Assembly (NCBI GenBank): GCA_964016885.1
Contig: OZ024743.1
Coordinates: 116,622,001-116,686,000 of the forward strand
DNA from: Eledone cirrhosa
Taxonomy: Eukaryota
Length of the DNA: 64,000 nt
Reading direction: 5' to 3'
Below are positions 38,776-51,053 of this stretch, piece after piece. How positions within the stretch are numbered: the first letter of the stretch is position 1; each line of letters starts with the position of its first letter. The translations under genes were made by a program, and so were the position numbers. Below the pieces are notes generated by a model. The model was not told where the DNA came from. It saw nothing but the letters and a program-made list of their open reading frames with translations, and searched no databases.

Positions 38776-39981
38776 TAGTAGTATATATATATGGTAAACC
38801 ATTCGATTAATTGGTGAAATATATTTCTTTAATGGAATATATACAGGGAAGATTAATCATATTATAAGGTATCTATTTTTGAAGTTCTGGTTAACTTCAT
38901 TTAGTTACCTACTTGTAAAAATTATCTCCTGTGATTATTCATGTTTATTTATATGTTAATCAATTTCTAGTTATTATAAAATGCTCGGACCTATTCGTTA
39001 GAATCTTAGAGCTTACTTTGCGGGTGATATGGTCCATGTCTTTCTGGCATGACACCCATAATTTTTATTTAGATTAAATAATAACAGATTAATGTTTAAG
39101 CAAATAATCGCTGCTTAACGGTAAAAGCAGTGATTCTTTGCTTAAACTTTAATTTGTTATTTTAATAAATATTATAGCATCTACTTATTCTGACAAGAAT
39201 CGAAATATCTAATCGTCTGCAAGTGGTGGAAATTTGTTAACGTCTGCGCGTTCCATAAAGGGAAATAACTTGTCTCTCATCTCTATTTATACATTTGAAC
39301 TGAAAAATCAATACATTACAAATTCGATTTTTGCACTTGGGGCGGGTCGATTTGATCGTACGGTTTAATAGGAGATGTGTGCCTACCGTTTCAGTAGACA
39401 GACAGCAACCTCAGTTTTATATATATAGATTTAAATGAAAATATCTACACTCTGATCGAGATTGAAATTCTCATTTTGACCGCTTCCATTTCGTCGGTGT
39501 CTATGTAAGAAAGAAATATATTCGTATTCTGCCGATGGCAGTGGCCAATCTGTGTGTATTAGAATAGTTTACATTTTCTTTGTACTAAATTTATATCATG
39601 CTATGGTTAACATTCTGGTTATCCAAATGACGTCTATAAACTAAATATTGGTATTTTTTGCCCTCGGAGTTATGTATAAGAAAACATTGTTTGTGGGTTT
39701 ATTGCATACATTTCTGGGTGAAATATATAGGTAAATTCTGTGGTACAGTATATTATTGTATCAAACCACTGTTAACCCACTAGAAATATGTATGTTCGAT
39801 CTGGTTAAACTCGTGGCAACATTGAGGTTGCATACAGTGCTTCAGTGAATAGTTAAAAATCGTCTCCCTGGTCGATTAAATCGTAACTTCGGTTTGAAAC
39901 TAGTCTCTACAATTCAGTCTTGTTTTCTTCATAAGAACATATTTTATTTGGAAACAAGATATTTAGATACGATGGTTGTAC

Positions 39982-40100
39982 GGGTGTGTAGCTTTGTGGT
40001 TAGAGTAATGGGCTTACTATCGTGAGTTCGAATCCCGGTGACACGCTTTGTCAATTATTTCATGTTGCTCCAGTTCACTCAACTGACAAAAAGGAACTGT
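39982..40100 (+). mobile_element. Decayed tRNA-derived SINE
   Basis: tagctttgtggttag A box, gagttcgaatccc B box, gttgctccagttcactcaactg core. Confidence 0.7.
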
Positions 40101-41069
40101 AACTCTAATTCTCACCGGGAATAGCCCTAATTATTCACGTCTATATGTAATGTTCAACCCCTTGCGCGTTCATTTTATCAGCAGGCTATTCCATTGATCA
40201 ACATCTGGAACACTCATAGGCTGAACCATCACATAGTACATTCTTCTATTCGATAAAATACTGGCAAAAATCTATGGATATACTGTAAATTACAGATATG
40301 TATAAGTATTTCAGGAATCAGTGAGGTTATTTCAATATCTCTATTGGCATCCATACACAAATTCGTCAGTTTGGCTTTTAGTTGGATTAAACCATTGTAA
40401 GTTAAGTCCATACTGGGCCACTACTTAACGCACAACATATTTCGCTTAGTATTTACGTTGCTTTTGTGATCTTTTTGTTTACCCATACGTCAGTTCTGAT
40501 CGAGCCACCTCATATGTAATTGTTTCAAAAATATTTCATCTAGAAATAAATTATATGTGATGACCTTCTTTATTTTTAGTGATCTCCATTCGCATTTCAT
40601 GTTTTAGTTTCAGAATTGTAATTATACAAAAAGGAATTGTGTTGGCAACAGTATTCCGACAGTAAACTAACAAGAGTTCTTCTCATATACATTTAGTTAT
40701 AAACTCTATCGTGATATATCTTAAAGTATATTGAAAGAAAGAGTTGAAAATACCCTATGTGTACATGCTAATATCTGTATTTTAGGTCCCTTCGATTCAG
40801 ACAGAGGTCTCATTAAAAATTCGATATCGTTTTGAAAACAAACATAGGTATGCGGTCAAGGAGTAGCAAATATTATTATTAGTAAAGTTACATCGACTAC
40901 AGTAAGGTCTGCTACATATTCTAGCGAGGTTCAGGTGAAATCTCAAATGGTTCACCTATATTTTATATAACAATAGAGTTTTGCATACGTATATGCGTAT
41001 ATATTTATGTGTGCGTTGTATATACGTAGGTGAGTGTATATGTATATATATATATATATATGCGCGCGC

Positions 41070-41128
<59 letters not shown>

Positions 41129-41926
41129 CTTAGGTATTTATATATGTATACATATACTTATATAAATACCTACGTATATACATATATATATACATATAAT
41201 TCGGGCATACAATGTTCTATGTTGAGAACGGATATAGACAACAACGTTCCATGGATTCTTAACTCTTGTAGAGTCGTACGGACACCATAATTGCATATGG
41301 CGTGTCCTTGGCATTTAACCCTGGTGAAGCCCATGATATGTCTTTTGGAATACAATCGGTTTCTTCTAGAAAATATCGACATAGAAAGAGAAAAAAAGTA
41401 TAATATTGATATGGAGGAAGAATCAACCCCAGTATTGAACTAGTGCAATATTTAAACACCGCCAAAACAATGAATAGCAAAGTTGATCTAGTGAGGATTT
41501 GAACTCCATATTAGGAGAACTGGAGCAAATATCGCAAAACATTCTCCGACCGACTCTGCTACTTCGCTGTTTTATAACAATCTTAACATGTATAAACCCG
41601 TAGCACGTGGTTGACTTCATAGGGGGTCCTCGGTTATAGAACAGCTTTTCTTGTGCATTTTCAACCTAGGAGCCATTCTACCTCGGTTTGCCAGTGTTAA
41701 ACAAACGGATGACGAGTTGTCATCGACACTGTAGAGCTTTAATCCGGTCATTTTTTTTTACGAACGAATCAAATGTTATTGTTAATGTTTGATATATCCC
41801 ATACGTACATATGTATATGCATATATGTGTGCGTCTATATTTATATATGTATGTGTGTTTATACATATATATATATATATGTGTGTCTGTACGTATGCAT
41901 ACTTACACACACACACACAAACACAT

Positions 41927-41993
<67 letters not shown>

Positions 41994-42169
41994 GAGAATG
42001 ATTAGGTATCGAGATGGAGAAGAGAATGGAAAGATAGTCGATACATATATTTAGTTGCCAATAGTTTATGCATATGTGCTCAATACTCGTGCCTACAGGG
42101 TTAAATATTAGAGGGATCAATATTTAGTGGGCGATAAAAAATAAGCAGAGCGATTATAAAGGAAATGAA

Positions 42170-44575
42170 TACAAAGTGTTTAAAACCGTTAAAACATGTT
42201 TATATAATTGTGCCCCTACGTACGTTTCGCCCTGAGCGGATTTATCAATGGCATGGAAAGCAAAATAATGTTCAATATAGGACCCAGGAGGGAATTTACG
42301 GTTAAATTAACATCATCATTCATTTTCCTCTCTGTGCATGTGTTTTTATTATCACAGAGCAGGGTGAGTAACTCTGGCCGGTGTTCAAGCAATCAGTCCC
42401 ATGTGGATTTTAAAGCCTGTTCATATGCTGGTGTTTAGCATCTTTATGTTATGTGTGTTGTTTCACTGGTACAAGTAGAGGTCGTGTCTGGTGTGTCCAT
42501 TTATTATTTAGTGGATGTTGCTTCACTAATGTTTGTTCGAGTATGGTCTGCGGTTTACATTTGGTTCACAGATGTTTGTTCATATTGCGTGCCCACCGGG
42601 GTGTTATGGTTCGGGCAGGAGGACCCAGTTCGTAGTTTTCATGTCACAGTCGCCTCCCAGGCAAAATACGACGCCTGTACCCGGTGTTTACAATTAATAA
42701 CTGATTCTGCTCTGCTGTTTAAGAGCTCATGGGGTGTTCTTATGATGTAGTACAGCTCCATGGGGTAGAGCTGGCATTTCCCACTGAAGTTGTAGGGTGC
42801 AGCCATTCTGACAATATCCCGGTGTGTGGAGAAGCTTATGTTGGCGTCTTGCAATGTGGTGACTTAGTAGGCAAACGATGTGGAGTGCCTTAATTTTTTG
42901 TTCCTGAAAGAGAGGAGATGCGTCTTAAATCTCGTTTTAAACTGGCCAGAGGTGGCTCCTATATAGTGTTTAACTCCGCTATGGCTAGTTACGGTGTACC
43001 TATAAACAACCTTATCAGTCAGGCAGTTTCCCCTGAGAAGGCAGCCTTCCCTGTCACAACAGTTGCATTTTCCGTCACGGTCGCTCCCAGTTCCTAAATT
43101 AAAGTTATTACTACTGCTATCTATGTTGTTATCTATGTCTCTAACTCCGTCAATGGTACTGTTATCTCTCGATGCGTGCGGTGTTGTACGATTATTATTC
43201 TTCACGCCTTAGCCCGTTCTGCTGCCGGTGGATGACGCGTGTGGGTCGCCGGTATATTCTCCAATCACACCCTAGTTACGTGGGTTTCGTCTGCCGGGGC
43301 GCCATCCACCCTATTTGGTGCTGTTAGGGGGATGTTAAAGTTATTAGTGTTGTTGTCATGGCTAGATGTATCTGTACTAAGGTGTAGTGTTTTGTTAATC
43401 TTACTGTGATTAGTTGCTCCAATGATGTCAGCTAGATTGGAGGTGGAAGAGAAGGATATTTTGATATTGTTCCTGTTATGTATTTTTCTGTATTTATGAT
43501 TAGGTGGGAAATCCTCTCCAAGGCTTCGAAGAATATCCTCGGTACGTCGGACGCCACACTCCGAGAATAGGTGGGGGGCATATGATATTACGGTGGCGTT
43601 TCCGCTTTACAGTTGGTTTGCCACAGGTTGTGATTCCTATTTCACAATACTTACGGTTGTTCCTGTGCTGTAGCCGGTTATTCGTCCCCATTACTTTATG
43701 TTCAGGTGGGGGCGCATTACCTCTGTACTTTCTATGTGCGGCTGGACGCGGGTTGGAGGGTGTTGGTAATAGGCCGCCGCAGTTGCTGGTCTTATAGTTA
43801 GGTAATAACTCTAATAGGATGCAGCGGGTAGCGTTACCAATCGGGTAACACTTACCATACTGTCGATTGTCTTGGTCGCCACTCATGTGTGGTCAAGTTT
43901 CTTAGGGTGGTTAGATGCATAGTTTATATAGGACAGGATCTCACCGGGCTTATGGTATGGCTTGTATAGGCCGGTACTCAACTCCAGGGTTACATCTAGG
44001 AAATGGACTATTTGGTGCTTGAGGTCTTAAAGAAACTGTGTATGCGGTTGTTAAGGTTCTCTATCCTGCGGGGTCTGTGGCTTCGCACGGTAAACAGGGC
44101 ATCGTCCCTATATACCCCGCCCTGTAGGGCCGGTATCTCGTCCCTAATTCTATGGAGAAGGTATATCCCGACCAGGTTGGTTACTTGCGCTGAGTCGCTG
44201 GACTCCATCGTGATATCAAAGTTATCAGGACGGTTGGCTCTGGTCCAGTAGGAGCCATCAAACTTGATAATAGTTCTACGCGCTGCGAGCACAATATCTA
44301 TCGCTTTCCTAGTAAGGCTAGTATTGGACTTAGCTAGAATAAGCGCTTTAATTAGGAGTATGGGGGAGATCGATGCATAGTAGCCATCTATGTCAAACTG
44401 TATGAACTTAAGAGTTGTTTTATCAGGTAACTCCGTGAACCAATTAATGACCTGGTCGGTGCTGCTCCAGAGACAGACCTTGGCTTTATTATTAAGTTCT
44501 AGTAGTACTCTATCTAGGATCACTTTACTAATTTTACCTATATCCGAAGTAGATGGTCATATAAGTTTAATAGAG
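42170..44575 (-). mobile_element. Naiad-type PLE copy 1, 5'-truncated and disrupted
   Basis: FIQFDIDGYYASIS, FDITMESSDSAQ, GGVYRDDAL, CNC....C.L.GNCL..VVYR..V..HYIGATSGQFKTRF..H..SF. Confidence 0.88.
42211..42253 (-). ncRNA. Degenerate hammerhead in the Naiad 3' pLTR
   Basis: tgcca-TTGATAA-atccgctcagggc-GAAA-CGTACG-TA-ggggca. Confidence 0.62.
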
Positions 44576-44940
44576 GGGTTTTCATGACAGTTACATTTGT
44601 TATCCTTAAGAGAGAATCTAGGTGTCATAGGGACATATGGGTATATATATATGTATGCATATATATATATATATATATGCATACATACATAAGTATATGT
44701 GTATGCATCTTGTATTACATATATAGATACAAATTCATATATATAAGTATGTATAATTACATACATATATGTATAAAAACATACAGTAGTATGTATATAA
44801 ATACATACATGCACACATATATATATATGTACGTATGAGTTTACCGAACATTTATTATAATGTTCGGTTTGTTTGTAAACAGGTATCAGCCGTACTAAGA
44901 GTGAGAAATGAAATTTCATTTTTTCCAATTCATATAAATT

Positions 44941-45461
44941 TATTCATATAATATACATATCGACTGAAATATAATTATTTCAGTCATATTACACCTGAAA
45001 AGTAGCTCAATATAACAACAGGCTAACAAGTATGTTATGTAGATTTTGTTTATACAAATTATATTAAGGTGTAATTAGGTATAGTATATGAAACGTATCT
45101 ATTGCAAGCAAAATAACATTTTAAAAGAAAAAATATATTTTACCTGCAAACAATGGCTTCATTTCGCATAGAAGATAACTGATTAAGTTAATTAACCAAT
45201 AATTAAGACACTAGAATCATCAATAAGCATAATCTTATAATATACATTACAACTTTTACAAAAACATTTCAAGTGATATTACCCACTATCATTACAACAG
45301 TAAACCTTCCACAACAAAATGACGCGTTCATCTTATATAATATATATATATACATCGTGTTTTATACATATATATATACACGGACATGTATAAATACCTG
45401 TATATACATATATAATATGACTGAAATAATTATATTTTAGTCGATATGTATATTATATGAA
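44941..45461. repeat. ~50 bp inverted repeats ~420 bp apart, each arm itself palindromic
   Basis: 44941-44991 vs 45412-45461; gactgaaatataattatttcagtc. Confidence 0.8.
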
Positions 45462-45528
45462 TAAATATATATGAATTTGTATGTATATATGCACCACAAG
45501 ATGCATACACATATACATATGTATGTAT

Positions 45529-45581
<53 letters not shown>

Positions 45582-46450
45582 CACATATATACATATACAT
45601 ATGTACGTATGAGATATATCGAACATTAATAATAGCATTCGATTAATTTTCTCTGCAGTGCCGATGACAACTCGTCATCCGTTTGTTTAACACTGGCAAA
45701 CCGAGGTACAATGGGCTCCACTAGGTTCAAAATGCACAAGAAAAGCTGTTCTATAACCTAGGAGCCCCTACTAAGTCAACCACGTGCTACGGGTTTATAC
45801 ATGTTAAGATTGTTATAAAATAGCGAAGTAGCAGAGTCGTTCGGAGATTGTTTTGCGATATTTGCTCCAGTTCTCCTAATATGGAGTTCAAATCCTCACT
45901 AGATCAACTTTGCTATTCATTGTTTTGGCGGTGTTTAAATACTACACTAGTTCAATACTGGGGTTGATTCTTCCTCCATATCAATATTATACTTTTTTTC
46001 TCGTTCTATGTCGATATTTTCTAGAAGAAACCGATTGTATTCCAAAAGACATATCATGGGCTTCACCAGGGCTAAATGCCAAGGACACGCCATATGCAAT
46101 TATGGTCTCCGTACGACTCTACAAGAGTTAAGAATCAATGGAACGTTGTTGTCTATATCCGTTCTCAACATAGAACATTGTATGTCCGAATTATATTTGT
46201 TGAAGCGGTTGTTGTTTAAATCCAGATATCACTGCTCGGCCATTATTAAAACACCTCAAATTAATATGTTATCCACTTCAAAATTTATCACACCATATAA
46301 TTGAATATAATTAACTTTTCATAAAAACAGTTCCATACGGTTATTCGATTGATGGATCTATATTTAAATTTTAACAAACCTCATCAATTATTGTTAAGAA
46401 TGACAAACGACGAATTTGCTTTACACTTTTTTTTTTTAATATTTCATACA

Positions 46451-46530
<80 letters not shown>

Positions 46531-46533
46531 TAC

Positions 46534-46602
<69 letters not shown>

Positions 46603-46603
46603 C

Positions 46604-46760
<157 letters not shown>

Positions 46761-47139
46761 GTGTGTTTTGTATATACCTATGTGTGTGTGTGTGTTTGTA
46801 TATACCTATGTATGTTACATTAATTATTGATTCAGAGCCGAAAGAGAGAGAGAGAGATAACATGAAAGAGATAGAGAGAGAAAATCGACTCCAGTAATTT
46901 GCTTGGTACATTATTTATCGATCTCGCAAGAATGGAAAAGCAAAGTTGATCTAGGTGGAATTTAATATTAGAGTATAGAGAGGCGGAACAAATAAAGAAA
47001 GATTTGACTTCTATTCCTAGCAGCTTGAAAGTCCGTGAACTATAAGGTGTTTGTGAATAAGATTCCCACACTTAAAGACACTACTGACAGAAAAGTAGAA
47101 TGGTAATCCCAGGTATATCACTGAAAACCTAAATAATTC

Positions 47140-47957
47140 AGTAAATAATCAAGGCTATCGAAAACAAAAATGGTAATCATCGTTTTCACCCTGGATTTGC
47201 TCAGACTTGCATTCTTGGGACGAGGAAAATGTTTCATGTGCCACTCCCCACATAGTACTCAAAGAGAGTACTCGAACACCCATGATTCATCTCTTGTTAT
47301 TACTTTATCCTAGAAATTTTGCTGAATTTCGAATCTTTTTTGGCAAATCCTAACAAATTTCCAATCATTACGCTTTTTAATCGACAGACAAGCTTGGGGA
47401 CACTGATTATGCATAAACTTTTCACATATGCAAATAGTTTGTTAAGATATTGTGAACAGCATTTTTATCCAAGCCTGTTTCTTCTGCAATCATCCTAACT
47501 CTCAATCGGTAATCTTTCGCCATTACCGTTCGCATAATTTTCACATTGAGTTCATTTGTTCCCGAGATTGGCCTTCCAGAACGAGGTTCGACTTCAACAT
47601 ATTCTCGGCCTTCTTTGGCAGCTTTGTTTCACTTATAAACCTTATTTTTCGATTGAGTGGCATCTCCATAAGCTTGTGGTAAAAATTAAATGTTTTGGTA
47701 CCAAATCTGACGAGTTTCCCACAAAGTTCGATTGCTTACCGTTGTTCGATCTTTTGCAGCATGGCAAATCTAACAGATGTTATTAACTCATCTGTACATA
47801 AACAGCAACAGAAAAAAAATTGCCTCAATCGATTATGTTGAAAAAAGTATGTACGTGCAGCCAGCTTCAAATCCAACACGTCCTTATAAATCAAGGAGTG
47901 CTTTATCATGTTGTACATAGGAAAATCAATAACCTTCGCCTATGACAAGCCACGTAC
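47140..47957 (-). mobile_element. Mariner DNA transposon remnant
   Basis: Hand translation: IEQR.AIELC.KL, QAYGD, KEGREYVE.EPRSGRP, VPKL, VITRDESWVFEY, SKSRVKTM; TIRs not confidently located. Confidence 0.8.
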
Positions 47958-48029
47958 ATATGAGGCATTACGTAGTGGTCAAAACACTATACAATGCAAT
48001 TTGTCGAAAGGATAGTGATGTGTAAGACA

Positions 48030-48430
48030 TATATACAATATGAAAGTGTACGAGTGAAATGTTCCATTGAAATTCCCAATGAAATACAATAATAAGACAT
48101 CAGAGATAGTGATATGGGACAGACGATAGAAATCATGCATAGTAGTGGATATCAGCTATCTAGCAGATATTAATATAATGCTATAGATCAAAGAATAATA
48201 TAATATATATGCTGAGTTAATGAAGAAGCTGCAGATACTCAACCCTGACAATGCCTTTAGATTTCTCCCTGTGATCATTGGAGCTCTAGAATATATTACT
48301 AATACTAACAACCTCAGTACAATTCTTGAGAAACTGGGCTTCATAGACGCAGAAAGAGCATGATTAGTCAGGAAGTTGAAAATACAATCCGTTAATGGAA
48401 TTCAAAAACTATGCAAAACTTTCAGAAATA
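48030..48430 (+). mobile_element. R4/Dong-like RLE fragment, decayed
   Basis: EIVIWDRR.KSCIVVDIS, YAELMKKLQIL, FLPVIIGAL. Confidence 0.7.
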
Positions 48431-48637
48431 TATATATACCCATGTATAGATACAGATACATATGCACGTTTATAGACCTAATTCAAAATATACAGATCTA
48501 AATATGCAATAACAGCCATAGATGCACACACACACACACATAAACAGACACAGACATACATAGGTATTTACCTAGTTGAGGTTCTCTGAATTTCAATAAC
48601 AGAGTCCTGTTCCTGTGCTAGAATGCGGCTGTTTGTA

Positions 48638-48731
<94 letters not shown>

Positions 48732-48734
48732 AAG

Positions 48735-49019
48735 GAATGTCTAGTTTACTTGAAGCATTGTATATGGTATAAAGAGTTCGAAGTTTGAAAGCCACGACAA
48801 TGCGGGTTTGGACAGAGAATAATTAAATCGCAAGAGGGCTGATTTTTACCTTATTTTATACATATGTCTTGATATTTCAAGATTAATATCTCTTCTTCCG
48901 AGGAAAATAATGAAACTCTATTCCAGTGTCCGATGTGGTATAGCATTCCCTGTTTCTTACGATTTAATTATTCTCCGTCCAAGCCCGCATACTCGTGGTT
49001 TTCAAACTTCGAATTCTTT

Positions 49020-49022
<3 letters not shown>
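48735..49022 (-). mobile_element. Mini pLTR fold-back related to the PLE at 12615-16729
   Basis: Inverted arms 48768-48836 / 48955-49022; HHR-like motif 48868-48903 (CGGAAGA-agagatattaatctt-GAAA-TA-TC); shares terminal ACAATGCTTCAAGT.AACTA with ~16699-16719. Confidence 0.72.
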
Positions 49023-49058
<36 letters not shown>

Positions 49059-49062
49059 CACG

Positions 49063-49116
<54 letters not shown>

Positions 49117-49426
49117 CTCTATTCAATTAGAGAGAATGGGGGCCGCATGTATGTATTAATATTTGAGGACCTAACACATGTTTATACTGCGAGTCACAAT
49201 GAAAACAATAGTTGTATCAATTTGAAAACTATCCAGCTCAGCACATTGTCACCAATAAGCTAAAATACAATTATGAATAAAGAAATATGAAAAAGACACA
49301 CATAAATCAATATATGAATATAAATGATTAAATAAAAAAAACAATAGAATAAATATATTGTAGACATATCATTTTAGATGACTCCAAGTCTAAGATAATG
49401 TATTTTTATATAATAGATGGGTGTTC

Positions 49427-49760
<334 letters not shown>

Positions 49761-49761
49761 A

Positions 49762-49795
<34 letters not shown>

Positions 49796-50399
49796 ATGTG
49801 TGTGTGTATGTGTGTGTGTGTGTGTGTGTGTACATATATATGGAGCTTTTCTGCTGGAAAAGGCTTGCAGGCGGCTGTGATACAGGATATTTGCGATAAA
49901 AGCGGGCGTCTGCCATACGAATAAGCGACGCCGGACTAAAAGAGATAACCTCCTTGGGGAGATGTAGCAATATGTGACAACGTTAGCATCCAAGAACATT
50001 CTCCCAATCCAATGGTGTGATTGAGTCGACGCGCATAAAGGCCACCTAAAAAAAAAGCCTAGATTTTGCGGATCTGAGAAAAGTACCAGATTTGTACCAA
50101 ACTGCAATATGGTTTCAGTTAATAAAAAAAAATCATGCCGCATCGCCCTACGACTGATTTAAGAAGGAACACGTTGAGGCCTTAGGTAAAGGGGCCTGTT
50201 CGTAAAACATTGCTCTCTCCATCCCATGCTGCAAGAATTAACTATTAGTTTGCCGCCTCTGTTGGGGAGCATGGAATAAAAGCACAAACGTTGTGTATTT
50301 GTAGGTTCCAGAAAGGAACAAACTAGTGGAAGAGGCTTGATGCTACTGTTTAGATATATCTGTTGTTTCCTCAAGAAAGAACGTGTCTCTGATACTGTA

Positions 50400-50900
50400 T
50401 ATGTGGATGGAGTATAGAAACACCACTACAGAAATGACTATACAAATGAGAGTATTGATACACAGAAGGCCTCGTCTGTCACAATGTGTTTAGGCTGAAA
50501 CATATGTCTCTGTGTATGGTGCAAAATCAGGTACCAAAAGAGAAATCAGAAATACAAATCCATCCCTGATGAAGTCACTGCAGCATTAGATGTCGTTAAG
50601 GCTGATTCAATATCCTAATGTGGGACATCATTGCACATGTTGGAAATGATTACATGACAACGGCAAAATTGATTCTAAGGATCGGTGATCCCGACCTAAA
50701 TACGAAATCAGAGGCTTTATTAGACTTTTGTTCTAGTAATGGGGTCTTTATTGTGAACACCTTCCAGCAAAAGGATATCCATGAATATATATGAAATAAA
50801 AGGAATCAGGAACAGAGATCAGTAATTGATTTTGTAATTGATTCTGATCTCTTCGAGTGTGTTCTGAAAGTTCGGGTTAAAAGCGGGCCTGAGATGCCGC
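50400..50900 (+). mobile_element. RTE-like APE endonuclease remnant
   Basis: AHVGND, LLDFCSSNG.FIVNTF, RSVIDFVI, VLKVRVKSG. Confidence 0.75.
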
Positions 50901-50983
50901 AATTGCTGGACAGATTTTACGAGCAAAACCATCCAGCAACAGACCCAAGTGTAGATTCGTGTTTGAAGAACCCACCCCAGAAA

Positions 50984-51050
<67 letters not shown>

Positions 51051-51053
<3 letters not shown>

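Larger units (their letters stand above)
31881..38783 (-). mobile_element. Inner, formerly autonomous Helitron
   Basis: Own 3' CTAG at 31881 with hairpin ccgtcca-t-tggacgg; 5' terminus (CTATATAAG..TCTGTCTGTCTG) in (TA)n near 38783. Confidence 0.85.
30703..39429 (-). mobile_element. Composite Helitron insertion
   Basis: 5' TC at 39429, 3' CTAG at 30703 with subterminal hairpin cccg-gcattgca-cggg; inserted between A and T with no TSD; empty site aagga|tttaaa at 27457/27458. Confidence 0.93.
27550..39523 (+). repeat. Tandem segmental duplication, copy 2, expanded by a pLTR fragment, a SINE and Helitron insertions
   Basis: Homology to copy 1 breaks at 30702 and resumes exactly at 39430. Confidence 0.9.
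41194..46196. repeat. ~620 bp inverted repeat (41194-41830 / 45590-46196) around a Naiad-type PLE
   Basis: Near-identical ORF-track translations on opposite strands (41259-41480 vs 45910-46131); arms contain a decayed SINE. Confidence 0.93.
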
